Notes under the pieces: generated by a model
The model's database searches: none
Told to the model about the DNA's origin: nothing
The model's input: the letters and a program-made list of their open reading frames with translations, nothing else
Shown: one piece after another, positions 49,498-59,619 of the stretch
Numbering within the stretch: position 1 is the first letter of the stretch
How the letters are laid out: the number at the start of each line of letters is the position of its first letter
Assembly: GCA_050261335.1 (NCBI GenBank)
Contig: JBLNDE010000064.1
Span: 74,165-138,164, forward strand
Length of the DNA: 64,000 nt
Source: Bacillota bacterium
GTDB lineage: Bacteria; Bacillota; SHA-98; UBA4971
Reading direction: 5' to 3'
Made by a program: the position numbers and the translations under genes

Positions 49498-51196
49498 CCT
49501 CAAGGCAGTTCCACAGTCGGTCCGCGACGGCGCCGAGGAGCGCCACCAGCGCGGCGAGGAGAGCCGCGAGCACGCCTCCGACCCCTGCGACCACTCCCCA
49601 CGCGGGAAGCCCGAGATCGATGAGGAAGTTCACGGCCAGGCCCAGCGCGGCAAGCACCGCGACACCCATCAGCATCCCCGCGACCACGTTGAGGTTGGAC
49701 TTCACAGCCTTCTGCTGGTCAGTCCAGTTCAGCATGGGACGCCACATATCGAAGAGCACTCCGCACAGGTTGAGCATGAACGACGACATGACCCCGAAGA
49801 CGACCCCCACAGCCACGCTTGCAAGGGGCAACCTGGCCACGTGCCCGAGCACCGCGATCCCGGGGATCGCGCCCAGGGCGACCATAATCTCCGCGCCCGC
49901 AGCCTTGCCGAGGGCGATAGTCTTCGCAGACGCCGGAAAGCTCCTCAAGATCCAGATGTTCCTCCGGCCCTCGCGCGAGAAGGCCGTGAACGGGATGGAC
50001 GACATCGCCGCGAGAACGAAGAAGTACGCCGCGATGACGAGGGCGCCGATGGCATCAAACGCCGGCGCGGCCAGCAACGCGTCCCACAGCCGCGCCATCT
50101 CGGGGTTGCCCCTCATGAGGAACATGGCCACGAACATCACCGGGAACATCACAAACCCGGTGAACCCGTTCAGCACGAACACAGGGGTCCTCGTGAAAAG
50201 CTTCATCTCCGTGATCGCAAGCGACGCAATGGGGGAGCGTGACACATACCCGGCAGCCCTGGCCATTCCGGCCCTGCGCGCCGACGCTTTCCTCGCACCC
50301 GCCTCGAAGCCGCTGACCACGCCCTGGTAGAACACCCGGTCGCCGATGGCCAGGAGAACTGCAAACCCCAGCACGCCCGCCACGGTGAAGACCCCCAGGT
50401 TCCAGATCCCCCGCCAGGTGCCTGCGAGCGCGAGGGCCTTCGTCGCCCAGATGCTCGGCGGGAAACGGGCGCCAGCTATGTCCACGAGGCTGTTGGCAGT
50501 CGCGAGCATCTTCGACAGGAACTCGGCCTCCTCCCCGACGCCGGGCACCTTCGTCTGTACGAGGAACTGGAAGACCACAATCACGGCCACGAAGAGAAAG
50601 CCGCCTATCATCGCCAGGGTGTCCTTGCGCCTCGACAGCCCCGCAACCCTCATCAGGAGAATCGCGGGAATGGCGGCCAGTACGAGCGGCACCACAGGCA
50701 GCGCCAGGAAGACCAGGATGCTGGAGAGCACGTACGGCACGGCGCTCACGTCAGCACGGACCCCATAGGCGATGATCACCGGGAGAACGAACACCGCGAG
50801 GCCGACATACTCGCTGGCGAGGATGACTGCAAACTTGCCCGCGAGCACTTCGACCGGCCGCAGGGGAAGCGGGATCAGGATGGCAAGGTCGTTCGAGAAG
50901 TAGAACACCGCGATGACCAGCACGAACCCGAGGATCATCACGAGCACCTGGGAGAGGAGAATGCCCAGGGTCAGAGTCACGGCCTCCTGCCCAATGGCGG
51001 CGGCTGTAGAATAGTAGTACGATGCCGCCGTGTAGATGCCGACGGCAAGCGAGGCGGCGGCACCGCCCACACCCAGCACTATGAGGATGGGCTCCCAGAG
51101 GCGCTGGCGCTTCTTGAGATAGTAGTAGCGTGAGTGAGATATGGCAAAGTTCATGTTGAGCTGCGCGAGTATGAGCGAGAGGACCCGCCTTGCCAT
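49493..51196 (-). CDS. ABC-2-type exporter permease (polytopic, ~12 TM)
   Basis: Highly hydrophobic 560+ aa; ATGA-type overlap with upstream ABC ATPase stop. Confidence 0.75.
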   Translation of the reverse strand: MARRVLSLILAQLNMNFAISHSRYYYLKKRQRLWEPILIVLGVGGAAASLAVGIYTAASYYYSTAAAIGQEAVTLTLGILLSQVLVMILGFVLVIAVFYFSNDLAILIPLPLRPVEVLAGKFAVILASEYVGLAVFVLPVIIAYGVRADVSAVPYVLSSILVFLALPVVPLVLAAIPAILLMRVAGLSRRKDTLAMIGGFLFVAVIVVFQFLVQTKVPGVGEEAEFLSKMLATANSLVDIAGARFPPSIWATKALALAGTWRGIWNLGVFTVAGVLGFAVLLAIGDRVFYQGVVSGFEAGARKASARRAGMARAAGYVSRSPIASLAITEMKLFTRTPVFVLNGFTGFVMFPVMFVAMFLMRGNPEMARLWDALLAAPAFDAIGALVIAAYFFVLAAMSSIPFTAFSREGRRNIWILRSFPASAKTIALGKAAGAEIMVALGAIPGIAVLGHVARLPLASVAVGVVFGVMSSFMLNLCGVLFDMWRPMLNWTDQQKAVKSNLNVVAGMLMGVAVLAALGLAVNFLIDLGLPAWGVVAGVGGVLAALLAALVALLGAVADRLWNCLEA

Positions 51197-51197
51197 C

Positions 51198-51953
51198 TCA
51201 CTTCGCCTCCCCTGCCTCGGTGAGTTCGAGGAATATGTCCTCCAGCGTCTCGTCAGTCTGCTTGCGCCGCTCACGAAGCTCCTCCACGCTGCCGCATGCG
51301 ATGAGGCGTCCCATGTTGATGATGCCCACCCGGTCGCAGAGCCTCTCAGCCACCTCCAGGATGTGCGTGGAGAAGAAGACGGTATGCCCCTTGTCGCAGT
51401 GGCTCCTCATCATGTCCTTGAAAAGGCGTGACGCCCGGGGGTCGAGACCCACCATGGGCTCGTCCAGGATGAACACCCGGGGATCGTGCAGGAGCGCGCC
51501 GGTAAGCGCGAGCTTCTGCTTCATTCCGTGGGAATAGCTCTGAATGATGTCCGCGACCGCCGACTCGAGCTCGAACATCTCCAGGAGTTCGCCGATACGG
51601 CGCCTTCTCTCCTCGCGGGAAACGCCGAAGATGTCGGCCACGAGATTGAGATACTCGATGCCCGTGAGCCTCTCGTACAAGTCGGGGTTGTCGGGGACAT
51701 ATCCTATGTCGGCCTTGGCGGCCACCGGGTCGCGGGCGACGTCGTGACCGTTTACAAGGATAGTGCCCCTGTCGGCCCTGAGAAGCCCCACCACCATCTT
51801 GATGGTGGTGGTCTTGCCTGCGCCGTTGGGCCCGAGGAAGCCGAATATCTCGCCGGCACGAACCTCGAGGGAGAGGTTGTCCACCGCCGGCCTCGTTCCG
51901 CCTCGATAAGTCTTGGAGACGCCCTCCAGTCTCAGCAAAGAAGCCCCACTCAT
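51198..51953 (-). CDS. ABC transporter ATP-binding protein
   Basis: GPNGAGKTT Walker A, LSGGMKQKLAL-like signature (YSHGMKQKLAL), ILDEP Walker B. Confidence 0.9.
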   Translation of the reverse strand: MSGASLLRLEGVSKTYRGGTRPAVDNLSLEVRAGEIFGFLGPNGAGKTTTIKMVVGLLRADRGTILVNGHDVARDPVAAKADIGYVPDNPDLYERLTGIEYLNLVADIFGVSREERRRRIGELLEMFELESAVADIIQSYSHGMKQKLALTGALLHDPRVFILDEPMVGLDPRASRLFKDMMRSHCDKGHTVFFSTHILEVAERLCDRVGIINMGRLIACGSVEELRERRKQTDETLEDIFLELTEAGEAK

Positions 51954-52034
51954 AGCGACACTCCTTTCCAAAGCCATGGCCGGGTGGGCTGGCGTCCGGG
52001 CGGGCCGGGCGTGGCCGACTGCCTCCTCCCCCAC

Positions 52035-53205
52035 CCCGCGATCCCCCGACGGCCCTCGTCACGTACACCGTCCGGCCTGGCACGAGGAGCTCGTTCAGAC
52101 GGCCGGGGTCAGCCACGCGGACACTGACATCGCGGCACCATGCAGCTCCCTTGGTGCTACCGCTCGTGTCGCCCCGGGGTCCCGCTCCAAGTCGCACTCC
52201 ATCCCCATCCAGCGCCGCGACCTGCAGGGCCCTCGTCTGGTTCGACCCATGACTCGAGCCTCACGGTCGCCAGAAAGCGGTTCGGCCTGGACACGAAGGT
52301 TCCTCTGATGAGGACGCCATCCCGTTTGATGCACGGCATCGTAGACGGCGCTCCGTCGTCTGCCGTGCGAGCTGGAAGCACCACATCGCCCATCTTCATG
52401 GCCTGACGCGACCCATCTCCTGCCCGCCTCTTTAGGTCGCCGGATAGACAGTGCGTCGTTGCGTACTATACCATAAGTCCCGTCGCTGGGAAAGCACCAC
52501 GTCAAGGATGGCTTCATCAGACCCCGGACGATCCGCAACCGACTGGTCAATTATGCGGCCGACAATCCGCAAACCATCTGCTGTCTCCCCAGTAGACGAT
52601 TCCCCTCCCTTCACCGGCTGCCGCTCGCAGTCCAGGAAGAAGATCAAGGAAATGAAGGAAGTGCCTGCGATCTGTAGAATCGATCTCTAGAATAACCTCA
52701 AGGGCAAAGGACGACTTGTCACGAGCGGCGACCGCCGAACGACGAGCGACGAAGATCGAACGATGAACGATGAACGGCGGGCCGCGCGGCGGAAGCAAAG
52801 GCTTCGTGTGTGGGAGGTGGTGAGAGCCGGCTTTCCGCATGTAGGATTTGACAGATGACGTCATACCGCGGTTGTTAGTCGGTCAGAAGACTGGGAAAGC
52901 ACAAAGCTGCAACCTTCTGTGAATCTACGAGATCAAACGCCACCGGCAATTGGGACGTGGAATGTTCTACCTGCGGAATGTCGGTGAGAAACCGGGGTTC
53001 AGGATGAACTAGGGCGGTGGAGGGCTAAGGTTTCATACGTCTAGGCTGAGGTTTCATAGGTCCAAATGTATAGACATCTGTACCGACTCTGCAGGTGTAT
53101 CGACCGTTCCGTGTTCCGTTATGTTCCGTCATCGCGCATCGCGCCGTTCCGTTAGAGTCCTCAGGTGGGGAAATCCTGCAATACCAAAGTGAGGGGGAGA
53201 GAAAG
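52035..53205. other. 1.17-kb ORF-poor, lower-GC intergenic region with multiple short direct repeats (4x GTTCCGT at 53107-53150; 2x AGGTTTCATA; TCTAGAAT…TCTAGAAT around ClaI-like ATCGAT)
   Basis: No convincing ORF on either strand; AT content rises sharply 52650-53200; immediately upstream of sugar ABC operon. Confidence 0.5.
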
Positions 53206-54498
53206 ATGGCTGGCTGGTTCAGGCTCTGCAGGTTGTCTCTTATCGCGGGAATCCTCGTGCTTCTCGTGGGCCTTGCGGCAGGCGTGGCGGCAGGGGCCAC
53301 CACGCTCGAAGTGTGGATAATGGAGACGGGCAACCCTGAGGGTGCGAAAGCCTTCTTCAACACCGTCAATACTGAATTCGAGGCTGCGCACCCCGGGGTC
53401 AAGGTCAACCTGAGCTGGATTCCGTGGCTCGGAGCCCAGCAGAAGTTCCTCACCTCCGTTACGGGCGGTATCGCGCCCGACGTAGCGGAACTCGGGACGA
53501 CATGGACGCCGGACTACGCGTACATGGGCGCTCTGGAGGATCTCACCGAACGCGTCAAGGGCCTTGGCTATGCGTCGGAATTCGTGCCGGCGCTCGTGGA
53601 GAGCGCGACCCTTGATTCGAAGCTCTACGGCCTGCCGTGGTATGCGGGTAACAGGTGTATGATCTACCGGAAAGACTGGTTCGAGGCCGCGGGCATCAAG
53701 GAGTTCCCCAGAACCTGGACCGAGTTCATCGAGGTGGCCAAGAAGCTCACAAAAGACCTCGACGGCGACGGCAAGGTCGACCGGTTCGGCTTCTCGGTGA
53801 ACGGCGGCTCTCAGCACGAGTTCATGCCCCTCATATGGATGAACGGCGGCGAGATTGCCGTGAAGACCGACAAGGGATGGAGATCGAACGTCGACAGCCC
53901 GGAGGCCATCGAGGCAATCAGGTTCTTCACAGACCTGTACCTCAAGCATAAGGTCAGCCCCGAAGGCTCCATCACCTGGAGCGTGCTCAACAGCCGCAAG
54001 GCGTTCACCACCGAGACCCTCGCGGTGGTGATCGACCTGCCGCTCCTCGTGGAGAAGTTCCAGAAGGATAACCCGAACCTTGCCGGCAAGATAGGCGTGG
54101 CCCCGATCCCGTACTCGAAGCGCCCGGCCAGCTTTACGGGCGGCAGCAACCTCGTAGTGTTCTCGCAGTCGAAGAAGAAAGACCTCGCCTGGGACTACAT
54201 GAAGCTGCTGCTGGAGCCCAAACACCAGCTCGCCTGGGCACAACTGGTGAAATTCTTCCCCGCGAGGATGTCGGTGCTGAAAGACCCGTCGATTGCGAAA
54301 GACCCGGTGCTGTCGGTGTATGCGGACAACCTCAAGTACGGGCGCACATACCCCGCCATCCACCAGTGGGGCCAGGTTGAGAACACCAAGATCCTCTTGA
54401 AGGCTGTCCAGGAGATCATGATGGGCAAGAAGACCGTGGAGCAGGCCATGCAAGAACTGGCGAACTCCATGAACCTCCTGTTCGGCTACCAGGAGTGA
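53206..54498 (+). CDS. ABC transporter extracellular solute-binding protein (family 1, carbohydrate)
   Basis: Signal peptide/TM MAGWFRLCRLSLIAGILVLLVGLAAG; SBP fold; GAGGGGGAGAGAAAG RBS. Confidence 0.85.
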   Translation: MAGWFRLCRLSLIAGILVLLVGLAAGVAAGATTLEVWIMETGNPEGAKAFFNTVNTEFEAAHPGVKVNLSWIPWLGAQQKFLTSVTGGIAPDVAELGTTWTPDYAYMGALEDLTERVKGLGYASEFVPALVESATLDSKLYGLPWYAGNRCMIYRKDWFEAAGIKEFPRTWTEFIEVAKKLTKDLDGDGKVDRFGFSVNGGSQHEFMPLIWMNGGEIAVKTDKGWRSNVDSPEAIEAIRFFTDLYLKHKVSPEGSITWSVLNSRKAFTTETLAVVIDLPLLVEKFQKDNPNLAGKIGVAPIPYSKRPASFTGGSNLVVFSQSKKKDLAWDYMKLLLEPKHQLAWAQLVKFFPARMSVLKDPSIAKDPVLSVYADNLKYGRTYPAIHQWGQVENTKILLKAVQEIMMGKKTVEQAMQELANSMNLLFGYQE

Positions 54499-54515
54499 GA
54501 GGCGGCGATCCTGAC

Positions 54516-55490
54516 ATGCGCAGTCCACTCGCAGAGAAAGCCGACTCGATGCATTGGTCGGTGGGCCGGGGATCCCCCCGGCCCACCCTCCGGCAGCTGT
54601 GCCATGACATCACCAGGAACTGGCTGGCGTATGCCTTCGTGCTGCCTTCGATGGCAGGGGTGTTCGCGGTCATCCTCGTCCCTCTCGTTCAGACTGTGGC
54701 CGTCAGCTTCAAGAGGTATTACATCCTGGACATCCTCCGCGAGGCGCCCCCATTCGTCGGGTTTGCCAACTATCTGACGATCCTTGGGGACCCGCAGTTC
54801 AGGTTCTCGCTGTGGCTCACTGTCATCTTCACTTTCGCTTGCGTGGCCCTGACCATGCTGGTCGGCCTGTTCGTTGCGATCCTCCTGGACCAGGACTTCC
54901 CCGGCAGTGGGATCGTGGCCGTGGCCGTGCTCGTGCCGTGGGTCATCCCGAGAATCGCTTCGTCGATCCTGTGGAAGTGGATTTACGACGACCAGTTCGG
55001 CATCCTGAACCATATGCTCTCCTCCATCGGCCTCAGGTCCTTCGCGAGCTTCCCGTGGCTTGCCAGGGCGGGCCCGGCTTTCTGGGCGGTGGTGGTCGTG
55101 GTCGTATGGCAGAGCTTCCCGTTCATCGCCGTCACGCTGCTTGCCGGCCTGAGGACGATCCCTCGCGAGGTGTACGAGGCTGCGGAGATCGACGGGGCCG
55201 GGTTCTGGCAGAAGGTGGTGCTCATCAGCATTCCGATGCTGCGAAACCTGCTTGCGATCCTCATCGTCATATCCACGATCTGGGACTTCAAGGTGTTCGA
55301 CCAGATGTACGTCCTGACAGAGGGCGGGCCGGCCGGCAGCACCATGATCCTCGGGATATACACGTGGATGATGGCGTTCGGCAGGCTCCAGATGGGCCTT
55401 GCGTCGGCCCTCGCCATGATCATGTTCGTGCTCGTGATGGCGGTGACCGTGCTCTATCTCAGGCTGTTCATGCGGGAGGAGACGATGTGA
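54516..55490 (+). CDS. Sugar ABC transporter permease (MalF/UgpA-like)
   Basis: EAA-type loop …AAEIDGAGFWQKVVLISIPML…. Confidence 0.85.
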   Translation: MRSPLAEKADSMHWSVGRGSPRPTLRQLCHDITRNWLAYAFVLPSMAGVFAVILVPLVQTVAVSFKRYYILDILREAPPFVGFANYLTILGDPQFRFSLWLTVIFTFACVALTMLVGLFVAILLDQDFPGSGIVAVAVLVPWVIPRIASSILWKWIYDDQFGILNHMLSSIGLRSFASFPWLARAGPAFWAVVVVVVWQSFPFIAVTLLAGLRTIPREVYEAAEIDGAGFWQKVVLISIPMLRNLLAILIVISTIWDFKVFDQMYVLTEGGPAGSTMILGIYTWMMAFGRLQMGLASALAMIMFVLVMAVTVLYLRLFMREETM

Positions 55491-56335
55491 GGAAGTTTCG
55501 AGTACGAAGGGCAGGCGTGGTGAGGTATTGCACACTGTACGTGGCGGCGGCGCTCGTGCTGTTTGTGTCGCTGTTTCCGTTCCTCTGGATGGTGTCAACC
55601 TCCTTCAAGCCGCCGAGCGAGACGTTCACCAGGGTGCCCCGGCTCATCCCTGTCCATCCGACACTGGAGAACTACAGGATCGTGCTGGGCGAGACCATGA
55701 TCCCCAGGTACTTCCTGAACAGCGTGTACGTGGCGCTCCTTACGACCGCGATCTCGCTCGTGGTGGCGGCCCTCGGAGCATATGGGTTCTCGCGCTTCAG
55801 GTTCCCCGGAAGGTCGCCGGCCCTCCTCATGATCCTGAGCGTCCAGATGTTCCCATCAGTGGTCATCATAATCCCGCTCTTCATCGTCATGAGGAACCTG
55901 CATCTCCTCAACACCCACTACTCGCTTCTGGTGAGTTACACAACCTTTACCCTGCCGCTCTGCGTCTGGATGCTCAAGGGGTTCTTCGACGGGATCCCCC
56001 GAGAGCTTGAGGAGGCAGCGCTGATAGATGGGTGCTCGAAGTTCGGCGCGTTCCTGAGGATAGCGCTTCCCCTTTCCGCCCAGGGGATCGTCGCATCGGC
56101 GATATTCGCTTTCATCGGGGCGTGGAACGAGTTCATGTTCGCTATGACGTTCATAAACATCGAGGAACTCAAGACGATGCCCGTCGGGCTCACATCGTTC
56201 TTCGGCCGATTCACGGTGGAGTGGAACCCGCTCATGGCGGCTTCTGTGCTATTCACCATTCCCTCGCTCGTGTTCTTCGTGTTCGTCCAGCGCAACCTGG
56301 CGAGGGGGCTCGTGTCAGGTGCGGTCAAGGGGTGA
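55487..56335 (+). CDS. Sugar ABC transporter permease (MalG/UgpE-like)
   Basis: GTG start overlapping previous stop (GGGAGGA RBS); EAA loop …EEAALIDGCSKFGAFLRIALPL…. Confidence 0.85.
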   Translation: MRKFRVRRAGVVRYCTLYVAAALVLFVSLFPFLWMVSTSFKPPSETFTRVPRLIPVHPTLENYRIVLGETMIPRYFLNSVYVALLTTAISLVVAALGAYGFSRFRFPGRSPALLMILSVQMFPSVVIIIPLFIVMRNLHLLNTHYSLLVSYTTFTLPLCVWMLKGFFDGIPRELEEAALIDGCSKFGAFLRIALPLSAQGIVASAIFAFIGAWNEFMFAMTFINIEELKTMPVGLTSFFGRFTVEWNPLMAASVLFTIPSLVFFVFVQRNLARGLVSGAVKG

Positions 56336-56639
56336 AGCGCGGTGCGCGGGGCGTGGGCCGGCAGCGCCATGCGGCGACGTCCGGCCTGCCCCGTCGGAGC
56401 GCGACGGCCGCCGGTAGCAGCGCCACTCATGCCCTCGATCACCGTATCACGGACCGTCGGCACAACGTCGAGCAGACCGAGGCGAAAGAGTCCGAGGGCC
56501 GCCACGGGGCGGAGGGATCCACGAAGAAGATTGTCATCCGTGGGTGGATGCTCATGGGAGGCGTTGAGGTCAAGCAGGCCTGACGCTGGACGCACTGGCC
56601 GGGCGGTCGTCGTTGGACGGGCGTCGGCCGGCCCGGCGC

Positions 56640-58313
56640 CTACACCTCCATCGCGATGGGAAGGATCATGGGCCGGCGGCGGATCTTCTGGTAGACGAAT
56701 TCTGCGAGCGACTCGCGGACCCTGTTCTTGATCGTCCCCCACTCGGTTATCCCCTGCGCCGAGCAGCGGGATATGACCTCGCGCACCTCTGTTTCGGCCT
56801 CCTTGAGAAGGGCCTCGGACTCCTTTACGTACACAAAGCCTCTCGAGACTATATCAGGGCCGGCTATGACCTCGGCCGTCTGCTTGTCCATGGTCACGAC
56901 CACGATGAGAATACCATCCTGTGCCAGCACCTTGCGATCGCGCAGCACCACGTTCCCGACGTCGCCCACACCCAGGCCGTCAACCAGTACCTGCCCGGCA
57001 TCCACCTTGGCGCCGAGGTGAGCGGCGTCCCCGGTGAACTCCAGCACGTCACCGATGTCGAGGATGAAGATGTTCTCCGGCGGTATTCCCACCTGCTCGG
57101 CAAGGCGCGCGTGCTTCACGAGGTGACGGTACTCGCCGTGAATCGGCACGAAGTACTTCGGGCGCGTGAGATTCATCATGAGCTTGAGCTCTTCCTGGCT
57201 CGCGTGGCCTGACGCGTGAACCCCCGAGAACCTCTCATAGATCACGTCGGCCCCCTGCCGGAACAGGTGGTTTATCGTCCGGCCGATGAGTTTCTCGTTG
57301 CCGGGGATGGGAGACGCCGAGATGATCACTGTGTCGCCGGGACGGATCCCCACCTTCCTGTGGGTCGCCATCGCCATCCGCGTGAGGGCCGACATCGGCT
57401 CCCCCTGGGTGCCGGTGGTGATGATCGTGAGCCTGTCCGCAGGGACGCGTTCGACCTCATCCGCTGGAATGAGCATCCCGGGAGGTATGACGAGGTACCC
57501 GAGGCTGGTGGATATCTCGACAGTGTTCTCGAGGCTGCGCCCGATGACCGCGATTTTCCTCCCGAACTTCCACGAGGCGTCCACGATTTGTTGCACCCTG
57601 TGGATGTTGGACGCAAACGTAGCAACGAGGATCCGGCCCTCCGCCTTGCTGAACACGTCTTCGAACGCGCGCCCCACGTCGCGCTCTGACATGGTATACC
57701 CGGGGCGCTCCGCGTTCGTCGAATCCGAGAGAAGCACCAACACGCCCCGCGACCCGAGCTCCGCGAACTTACGGAAATCCGGCGCCTCCTGGCCGATGGG
57801 CGTCTGATCGAACTTGAAGTCAGCCGTATGGACAAGAAGACCGGCCGGGGTGGTGATGGCGAGCGCCACCACATCGGCGATGCTGTGGCTCACCCGCACG
57901 AACTCGATGGTGAACGGCCCGAGCGAGAGAGTCTCTCCCGCCTTCACGCATTGCGGCGGAAAGGCCGGCGAGAGGCCGTGCTCCGCAAGGCGCCCCTCGA
58001 CAAGGCCGAGGGTCAGCCTGGTTCCGTATATCCTGGCGCTCACCTGCTTCAGGACGTACGGTAGAGCGCCGATGTGGTCCTCGTGCCCGTGGGTGAGGAC
58101 GATCCCGCGTATGCGATCCTGGTTTTCCACAAGATACGAGATGTCGGGGATGACGAGGTCTATGCCGAGCATCTCCTCCTCAGGGAACGCCACCCCCGCA
58201 TCCACCACCAGCACGTCCCCGTTATACTCGATAGCCATCATGTTCTTGCCGATCTCGCCCACTCCGCCCAGGGGAACGATGGCAAGCCTGTTGTTCTTCG
58301 ACACGCCTTTCAC
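56640..58313 (-). CDS. rnj: Ribonuclease J (metallo-beta-lactamase/beta-CASP)
   Basis: …LAIVPLGGVGEIGKN…THGHEDHIGALPY… ; start codon ambiguous (GTG ~58313/58304 or ATG 58388). Confidence 0.9.
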   Translation of the reverse strand: MKGVSKNNRLAIVPLGGVGEIGKNMMAIEYNGDVLVVDAGVAFPEEEMLGIDLVIPDISYLVENQDRIRGIVLTHGHEDHIGALPYVLKQVSARIYGTRLTLGLVEGRLAEHGLSPAFPPQCVKAGETLSLGPFTIEFVRVSHSIADVVALAITTPAGLLVHTADFKFDQTPIGQEAPDFRKFAELGSRGVLVLLSDSTNAERPGYTMSERDVGRAFEDVFSKAEGRILVATFASNIHRVQQIVDASWKFGRKIAVIGRSLENTVEISTSLGYLVIPPGMLIPADEVERVPADRLTIITTGTQGEPMSALTRMAMATHRKVGIRPGDTVIISASPIPGNEKLIGRTINHLFRQGADVIYERFSGVHASGHASQEELKLMMNLTRPKYFVPIHGEYRHLVKHARLAEQVGIPPENIFILDIGDVLEFTGDAAHLGAKVDAGQVLVDGLGVGDVGNVVLRDRKVLAQDGILIVVVTMDKQTAEVIAGPDIVSRGFVYVKESEALLKEAETEVREVISRCSAQGITEWGTIKNRVRESLAEFVYQKIRRRPMILPIAMEV

Positions 58314-58596
58314 GTCACCATCTCTGCTGATCCGCTCGAAGTCCCCGCGTGCGAGGCGGGGGACCTCGAGCAGTGTAGTCGTCTGCATGCAATTGTAACA
58401 CAACGCCGCGGGTATCTCAAGGACAACCGGCCGCCTCAGCCGCTGCCCAGGCGCCGTAGCGCCGGCCACGCGAGCGCCATGCTGTCGGCCGTCCGGCCCG
58501 TTCGCACGCCTGCCTGCCTACCGCGAGCCCGGCGGCCCACCGATCCCGTCGGCCCGACGCCGCGCCAGCCCGCCCGCTCAGGCCGGCAGCGTGTCG

Positions 58597-59481
58597 TCAG
58601 GCCAGCAGCCCCAGGCTCGAAAGGGCCTGCCTGACAACCGCGGCCTCTTTCTCGCCGGCCTCCACGAGAGGCGGCCGGAGCCCGCCAGCATCAAAACCCG
58701 TGAGCCTGAGCGCAAGCTTCACCGGAATGGGGTTCGTGGTAACGAACAGGGCCTTGAAGAGCGGGAAGAGCTCCGCGTTGATCTCAGCGGCCCTTGCCAC
58801 CTCGCCCCCGACGTATGCCTCGACCATCTCTTTCAGCCGCCTGCCGACCACATGCGACGCCACGCTGATGATGCCCTCCCCGCCCACCGCGAGAATCGGA
58901 AGCGTGAGGCTGTCATCGCCGCTGTAGATCTTGAAGGACGGCGGCGTTCTCCTCCGTATGTCGGTAACCTGGTCCAGACTGCCGCTGGCTTCCTTGATGG
59001 CCACGATGTTCTCCACGGCCGCGAGTTTCTCGACGGTCTCAGGAGTCATGTTCATCCCGGTCCTCCCGGGTATGTTGTAGAGGATGACCGGCAGCCCCGT
59101 GGCACCTGCCACGGCCTTGAAGTGCGCGATGAGCCCATCCTGCGGCGGCTTGTTGTAGTATGGCACGACCGCCATGATCCCGTGGACCCCGGCCTTCTCG
59201 GCCTCGCGCGTAAGCTCGATGCTGGGCTGCGTTGCGTTTCCTCCGGTGCCGGCGATGACCGCGGCGTCCGTACCCACCGCGTCCATGACCACCTTGAAAA
59301 GGTTCACTTTCTCCTCTTTCGTCAGCGTCGGCGACTCACCTGTCGTCCCCGCCACCACGAGGCCGTCGGACCCCGACTCAACCAGCCTTCTTGCAAGCTC
59401 TCCAGCTCTGTCATAATCTACCTCGAGGTTGGGGGTAAACGGCGTGACCATCGCGGTGAGCACTCGTCCGAAGCTCTTCAT
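58597..59481 (-). CDS. dapA: 4-hydroxy-tetrahydrodipicolinate synthase
   Basis: MVTPFT…GTTGES…K-containing active-site region; classic DapA. Confidence 0.95.
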   Translation of the reverse strand: MKSFGRVLTAMVTPFTPNLEVDYDRAGELARRLVESGSDGLVVAGTTGESPTLTKEEKVNLFKVVMDAVGTDAAVIAGTGGNATQPSIELTREAEKAGVHGIMAVVPYYNKPPQDGLIAHFKAVAGATGLPVILYNIPGRTGMNMTPETVEKLAAVENIVAIKEASGSLDQVTDIRRRTPPSFKIYSGDDSLTLPILAVGGEGIISVASHVVGRRLKEMVEAYVGGEVARAAEINAELFPLFKALFVTTNPIPVKLALRLTGFDAGGLRPPLVEAGEKEAAVVRQALSSLGLLA

Positions 59482-59619
59482 ACACTCATCCCTCCACCAG
59501 GTGTCGATTCAAAGCCGGTCAGAAGATGTCCGAAGATGTCCAGGGACCGCTGCCACTCACCCGAGAGTGGGTTCAGAGACGCCAGGCGCCTGGCGCCTGG
59601 CGCCTTGCCGGGGGAGGGC

